Shown here one piece after another: positions 28,341 to 32,000 of a stretch of DNA of 32,000 nucleotides; within the stretch, counting starts at the first letter, position 1; each line of letters begins with the position of its first letter. Source of the stretch: Bacilli bacterium (GTDB taxonomy: Bacteria > Bacillota_I > Bacilli_A > RF39 > UBA660); contig JAFUTX010000013.1 of NCBI GenBank assembly GCA_017484065.1, forward strand, positions 85,137 to 117,136, written 5' to 3'. The notes beneath the pieces were generated by a model. The model was not told the origin of the DNA. It ran no database searches and saw only the letters and a program-made list of their open reading frames with translations. The position numbers were made by a program, and so were the translations under genes.

Positions 28341-28682
28341 CTAATCTTTTAATATAAGTACTATTACCATATCTATAATTATTAATGTAAGACGCCATAC
28401 TACAAAAAGCTTGTTCAAAACTTATATAGTGATGTTTATATAACCAAGCGTTTTCTTTAATTTTCTTTTTTATATTTTTTTTATTCTTTTGACAAATATT
28501 TATAATAGTCTTTTTATTTATAACTCTAAATCTATATCCTAAAAATACAAATCCTTCTTTATTAGTTACTATCATAGTTTTTTTAGGATTTAATACTAAC
28601 ATATACTTTGTTTCTAATTCATATTTAATGTAATTATAGGCATCAATTAATTTTTGCTTATCAGGGTGAATTAAAATAAAGT
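28306..28682 (-). CDS. DGR reverse transcriptase, exon 2 (second and third bases of the split Asp codon through the stop)
   Basis: After removing the intron, G (30597) plus AC (28682-28681) gives GAC (Asp). The protein then reads YIRYMDD-FILIHPDKQKLIDAYNYIKYELETKYMLVLNPKKTMIV..GFVFLGYRF, i.e. RT motifs 5-7. The first 8 codons of the track ORF (28683-28707, GTG start) lie in intron domain VI and are not coding. Confidence 0.8.
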
Positions 28683-28685
28683 ATC

Positions 28686-28754
28686 GAGTAGAAATATGTG
28701 TTACCACATATAACCCTCACAGATCCGTACGTGCAGCTTTCCCGCATACGGCTC
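28686..28754 (-). ncRNA. Group II intron catalytic domains V and VI
   Basis: Domain V matches the near-universal GAGCCGUAU...ACGUACGG consensus. In domain VI, AUAUGUG-GUAA-CACAUAU forms the upper stem and GAGGG/CU(A)CUC the lower stem, with the branch A bulged. Confidence 0.85.
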
Positions 28755-28786
28755 TTCATAACATAGTATTTATTCTTCAAATTGCT

Positions 28787-30082
28787 TTATATTGAATATA
28801 TTTTAATTTTAATATGTGGCTTTGGAATATTATAGTATTTTGTCATTTGTAAAAATTCTTCCCAATTATAACTCTTTCTTTGACTTCTTCTATTTATCCA
28901 TTTAAATAGTATATGTAAACTTTCGTAATAGAATTTTCTAATCATATGATAATTGTCGCTGATACCATAATAGTTATAGTAACCAATTAGTTTCTTTCTA
29001 TATGTAATCATTATCGTTTCTAATGTTTCATTTCTATTCTCTTTACACCAATCGTTAAATTCTGTTAGTTTCTTTCTAAATTTCTTACTTGACGTTTTAC
29101 GCTTTACACGAAACTTTCCATTTTTACTTTTACTACAATAATGAGTAAATCCCAAGAATTCAAATGTATCTGGTTTATTACTTTTACAATTCTGTATTGC
29201 AAATCTTCCAAAGCTTAACAATCTAGTTTTATCTTCTGCCAGCTCTAAATCCGCCTGTTTTAATCTATTTGGTAAAAGTTTTTCATAAAATATCTTTGCC
29301 ACACTTTCATATTGGAAGCAACAAATAAAGTCATCTGCATAATTTATTATACTCATGAAACCTCCATATTTAACTTTAACAAAATCTTCGAACCACTTTA
29401 TTAAAGTATAATACATATAAATATTTGCTAGTACTGGACTTAATATAGAACCTTGTGGTGTTCCATATTCTCCAATATAAAATTTATTATTTTCTAATAT
29501 ACCTGCCCTTAAGAATTTTCTTACAAGTTTTAATATATTTTTATCATTAATATGTAGTTCTAAACATTTTATTAGTTTGTCATGATTGATATTATCAAAG
29601 AACCCTTTTATATCTGCTTCGACTACAAAATTTGTAAAGTGTCCTTCAATATCAATTACTATTTGCTTTAATGCTTGATGACAATTTTTATTAGGTCTAA
29701 AACCAAACATATTGTCTGGAAATTTAGGTTCATATATTGCTTCAATTAGTTTCTTTAGTGCTAATTGAACTATTTTGTCTTCAAAATTCGCAATAGCTAA
29801 ACCTCTAACTTTTCCATTAGATTTTGGTATATCAACTTTTCGTGCCGGGCTTGGTTTGTAGCTTTTATTCTTTAGTTTTGTAACTAAAATATTGATATTC
29901 TCCTCAAGATTTAAACTATATTCTTCTTTTGTAATACTATCTATTCCAACTGCTTTATTACCATCTAATTCTTTAAAACATTCATTTAATAGTTCTTTAT
30001 TAATTAAGTGGTATATCGAGCTAAATATTTCTTTTGGTCTTTCTTTTGCAATTTGGTTTATTCTTGCTATTTTACTTGTCAT
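28787..30082 (-). CDS. Group II intron-encoded protein (reverse transcriptase plus maturase/X domain, no obvious endonuclease domain)
   Basis: It has ...GNKAVGIDSITKEEY..., PKSNGKVRGLAI, ADIKGFFDNINHDKL, TPQGSILSPVLANIYM, NYADDFICCF and FLGFTHY, plus a C-terminal maturase-like region (YYNYYGISDNY). These are typical IEP motifs. Confidence 0.9.
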   Translation of the reverse strand: MTSKIARINQIAKERPKEIFSSIYHLINKELLNECFKELDGNKAVGIDSITKEEYSLNLEENINILVTKLKNKSYKPSPARKVDIPKSNGKVRGLAIANFEDKIVQLALKKLIEAIYEPKFPDNMFGFRPNKNCHQALKQIVIDIEGHFTNFVVEADIKGFFDNINHDKLIKCLELHINDKNILKLVRKFLRAGILENNKFYIGEYGTPQGSILSPVLANIYMYYTLIKWFEDFVKVKYGGFMSIINYADDFICCFQYESVAKIFYEKLLPNRLKQADLELAEDKTRLLSFGRFAIQNCKSNKPDTFEFLGFTHYCSKSKNGKFRVKRKTSSKKFRKKLTEFNDWCKENRNETLETIMITYRKKLIGYYNYYGISDNYHMIRKFYYESLHILFKWINRRSQRKSYNWEEFLQMTKYYNIPKPHIKIKIYSI

Positions 30083-30596
30083 TATTTCTTCACTCCTTGT
30101 ATAGTGATAATGTTTGCAATAACTAAGAGCTATGTTATGTGAACCCCTTCCCTACATTGCATTTATTGATGCAATATCAAAGGTACTATGAGTTCATCTG
30201 ACTACCTATATTTCATTTGATATATTTATTTATTATTTTATCATACTCTGTACCAATTGGCTCACTGCCCACTTTTGGAATAAGAGAAAATATAGGTTCT
30301 CACTGTTCATCGAATAAACATTGTATATCATGATTAGGTCTTTCAGACTCCGCAAGAGTTTAATAATACTACCCATATTGTATTATTAAATGTAGTATTC
30401 CACTTGGATGACAGCATCTACACTCTTGAAATATAACGATACATTTCGAAGCTCAATACTAACCCTAATACCTAACTGTCTACGCTTAATTATAAATGTT
30501 ACCATTTATAACCCAAGACTCGCTACTAGATGTGGCGGGTACCACTTTCTAGGTAGGATTTCCACCTACTAATTTATTCGACCTACACAGTCGCAC

Positions 30597-31305
30597 CATC
30601 CATATATCTAATATAATATGGAATGTTAAGCTTATGAACAATATCATAATCTAGTTTATATAAATAAAAAATAGCTAAAAATTGGCTTGTCATATTACCT
30701 ATGGGTAAGCCTTTGCCTTTTTCATATAAAGGTAATTCTACATTATAGTTTTTCATTATTCTTTTAATATTATTATTGATATACTCTTGATTAGTAGTAT
30801 CAATTATTGTATTTAAAACGTGGGCTTCTTCAGTTTTTAATTTTTCACTTAACAACGATTTTAATACTTTGTGATCAATTGAATAAAAATACTTAGATAT
30901 ATCTAATTTTAAAATATAGAATTTATCAAATTTTTTGCACTTTTCTAAATATTTTTTTATTTTCAATCTTCCATAATCAGTCCCCATATTCTTCCTGGTA
31001 GCTATATTTCTATCTATTAAATATTTTTCTAACTTTTCTATTAGAATCTTATTAGCTATATAATGATTAATAATTTTATCTTTGATATTTAAAGACATTA
31101 TTACCCGACATTTTGGTTCAAATACAATAAATATATTATATAAACAACGATAACTTGAATTAAAATTTTTTAAAGCATTGCAAACATCAATTAAATTTTG
31201 CATATGATATTTTTCAAATTGATATAATTTACGTTTATTTTTAGTGTTTGGCATTATAGCATTTTCATAAATTCTTATAACATCACTAAGTAACACATTA
31301 TTCAT
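30597..31305 (-). CDS. DGR reverse transcriptase, exon 1 (Met1 through the first Asp of YMDD plus the first base of the second Asp codon)
   Basis: VFEPKCRVIMSLNIKDKIINHYI, NIATRKNMGTDYG, YILKLDISKYFYSIDHKVL and GLPIGNMTSQFLAIFYL (the [LIV]GxxxSQ signature that distinguishes DGR RTs), then YIRYMD. The track ORF continues ...GATV* only because it reads into the intron. Confidence 0.8.
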
Positions 31306-31651
31306 TATTTTTTATCCATTTATATATCATTTTTTTTATTTCTAACAAATAATTACATTTGTTTTCACATTGCTTGTTAGATATATATTTTTTATTATGT
31401 AAATATTCTAAATAAAAATCTAACATAGATACTTGAGTTAAAACTATCTTTTGGTAAGTTTCCATCTCCTTACCCTTATACATATTAGCTAAATATAAAA
31501 ATTCTAATAATTCATTTGATCTTTCAAATAATTGTTCTTTTATATGTCTTTCTTTATTAGGTATATTAACAACTAGTTCATCTAAAGAAAAAATAAATTT
31601 TTTTACAGATACTGCAATATAAAACTCTTTATTCATTAGCAACAACCTCAA
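31298..31651 (-). CDS. avd: Avd-like four-helix-bundle protein (DGR accessory variability determinant / 23S-IVS protein family)
   Basis: It is 117 aa and predicted all-helical. The pattern ...NIPNKERHIKEQLFERSNELLEFLYLAN...VSMLDFYLEYLHNKKYISNKQ...LLEIKKMIYKWIKN matches the family pattern (P-K-x-E-[RK] ... [AI]N ... K-x-[IL]-S-x-K-Q ... W-x-K). An 8-nt overlap with the RT start is the usual avd-RT coupling. Confidence 0.7.
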   Translation of the reverse strand: MRLLLMNKEFYIAVSVKKFIFSLDELVVNIPNKERHIKEQLFERSNELLEFLYLANMYKGKEMETYQKIVLTQVSMLDFYLEYLHNKKYISNKQCENKCNYLLEIKKMIYKWIKNNE

Positions 31652-32000
31652 TGTAATTAACTATTTTATCAATTTTTTCTTCATTTAAGTTTTCAATTTT
31701 CTTTATTAATATATCTATGTTTCTATTTTTGTCTCTTGCAATTAAAGCATCATTTAATGTGTTATTATAGTGATTAATTCCCTTTTTAAAATTAATTTCT
31801 TCATCATTAAGAATAATTTGATAATGTATCTTCTTTTCTTCTAAAATAGTTAAAACTTTATTTTGTGCTGATATTGGAAATCCAACCCTACGATTTATTA
31901 TTCTATAACCAAATAAATACCATAAAATAACAGCATCATCATCAAATACTTGATAGAATTTACCAACTTTTCTAATGACTAAAATATTTGCTTTTTTCAT
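31629..32000 (-). CDS. Stand-alone MutS mismatch-binding-domain-I-like protein (DGR accessory, MSL-type)
   Basis: NILVIRKVGKFYQVFDDDAVILWYLFGYRI...VGFPISAQNKVLTILEEKKIHYQII parallels MutS domain I (lLffrmGDFYElFfeDA...l.itLT....pmaGvP.ha...yl.kLv..G.kvaIceQ). The ATG occupies the last three bases of the window, so an upstream extension cannot be excluded. It overlaps avd by 23 nt. Confidence 0.6.
   Translation of the reverse strand: MKKANILVIRKVGKFYQVFDDDAVILWYLFGYRIINRRVGFPISAQNKVLTILEEKKIHYQIILNDEEINFKKGINHYNNTLNDALIARDKNRNIDILIKKIENLNEEKIDKIVNYIEVVANE

Larger units (their letters stand above)
28683..30596 (-). mobile_element. Complete bacterial group II intron (1914 nt) carrying an RT/maturase ORF, inserted in sense orientation in the DGR RT gene
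   Basis: The 5' end is GUGCGAC at 30596-30590. Domain V is GAGCCGUAUGCGGGAAAGCUGCACGUACGGAUC (28754-28722). Domain VI (28718-28686) has a GUAA tetraloop and a bulged A at 28689, 6 nt before the last intron base. The 3' end is ...CGAU. The IEP ORF sits in domain IV. CAUCCA at 30410-30405 is complementary to the last six exon-1 bases UGGAUG and is a candidate EBS1. Confidence 0.9.

Noticed and set aside
28683-28707. The GTG start at 28707 of the track ORF 28306..28707, and my first guess of a 3' splice site after 28698 (which would give YMDD-ISTRY-FILIH).
   Set aside because: That site would cut through the domain VI hairpin (AUAUGUG-GUAA-CACAUAU) and insert five atypical residues. The site after 28683 leaves the bulged A 6 nt from the intron end and restores the canonical YMDDFILIH.
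381-30104. Short ORFs in the track lying antisense to, or inside, long well-supported genes: 381..581, 1048..1230, 1341..1601, 1660..2007, 6605..7024, 18908..19105, 18969..19163, 20090..20362, 21725..22051, 26007..26225, 26906..27109 and 29892..30104.
   Set aside because: All are shadow ORFs opposite genes with clear family motifs. They have low-complexity or hydrophobic junk-like translations and no convincing RBS.
30583-30596. The C-terminal ...GATV* of the track ORF 30583..31305.
   Set aside because: These codons are read-through into the intron 5' end (GUGCGACUGUGUAG) and are not part of the RT protein.
1-32000. tRNA, rRNA, riboswitch or CRISPR features in the intergenic regions.
   Set aside because: The intergenic gaps are short and AT-rich and contain only promoter-like and terminator-like sequence. 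I saw no cloverleaf-compatible GC-rich segments and no repeat arrays. A covariance-model scan would be needed to exclude small RNAs.

Overview
The window is very AT-rich (composition not computed) and almost all genes are on the minus strand. It looks like chromosome from a low-GC, spore-forming Firmicute. TGA acts as a stop codon, so this is not genetic code 4.

The core content is housekeeping plus sporulation and germination genes: the 5' part of lon, recD2, a SleC-like cortex-lytic locus with a 5xLysM protein, gpr, spoIID, a TrmH-family methyltransferase, rimM, trmD, mscL, a MATE transporter, a DHH phosphoesterase, an SDR, a YnbB-like PLP enzyme and an RpiB-family isomerase.

Three accessory patches stand out:
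1. A Fic gene (2.5-3.7 kb) is bracketed by an exact duplication of a terminator. The neighbouring surface-protein gene has a C10 tract in its leader.
2. An ORF6N gene (17.9-19.4 kb) has a decayed partial tandem copy. Every copy of the duplicated coding segment carries a palindrome.
3. The right end (28.0-32.0 kb) carries the core of a diversity-generating retroelement (DGR): a MutS-domain-I-like ORF, an Avd-like four-helix-bundle ORF and a DGR-type reverse transcriptase (RT). The RT gene is split exactly inside its YMDD catalytic box by a complete 1914-nt group II intron that has its own RT/maturase.

No TR/VR (template/variable repeat) pair is visible in the window, so the DGR target and template probably lie past the right edge. 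I saw no rRNA, tRNA or CRISPR array. All homology statements come from motif recognition by eye, not from database searches.
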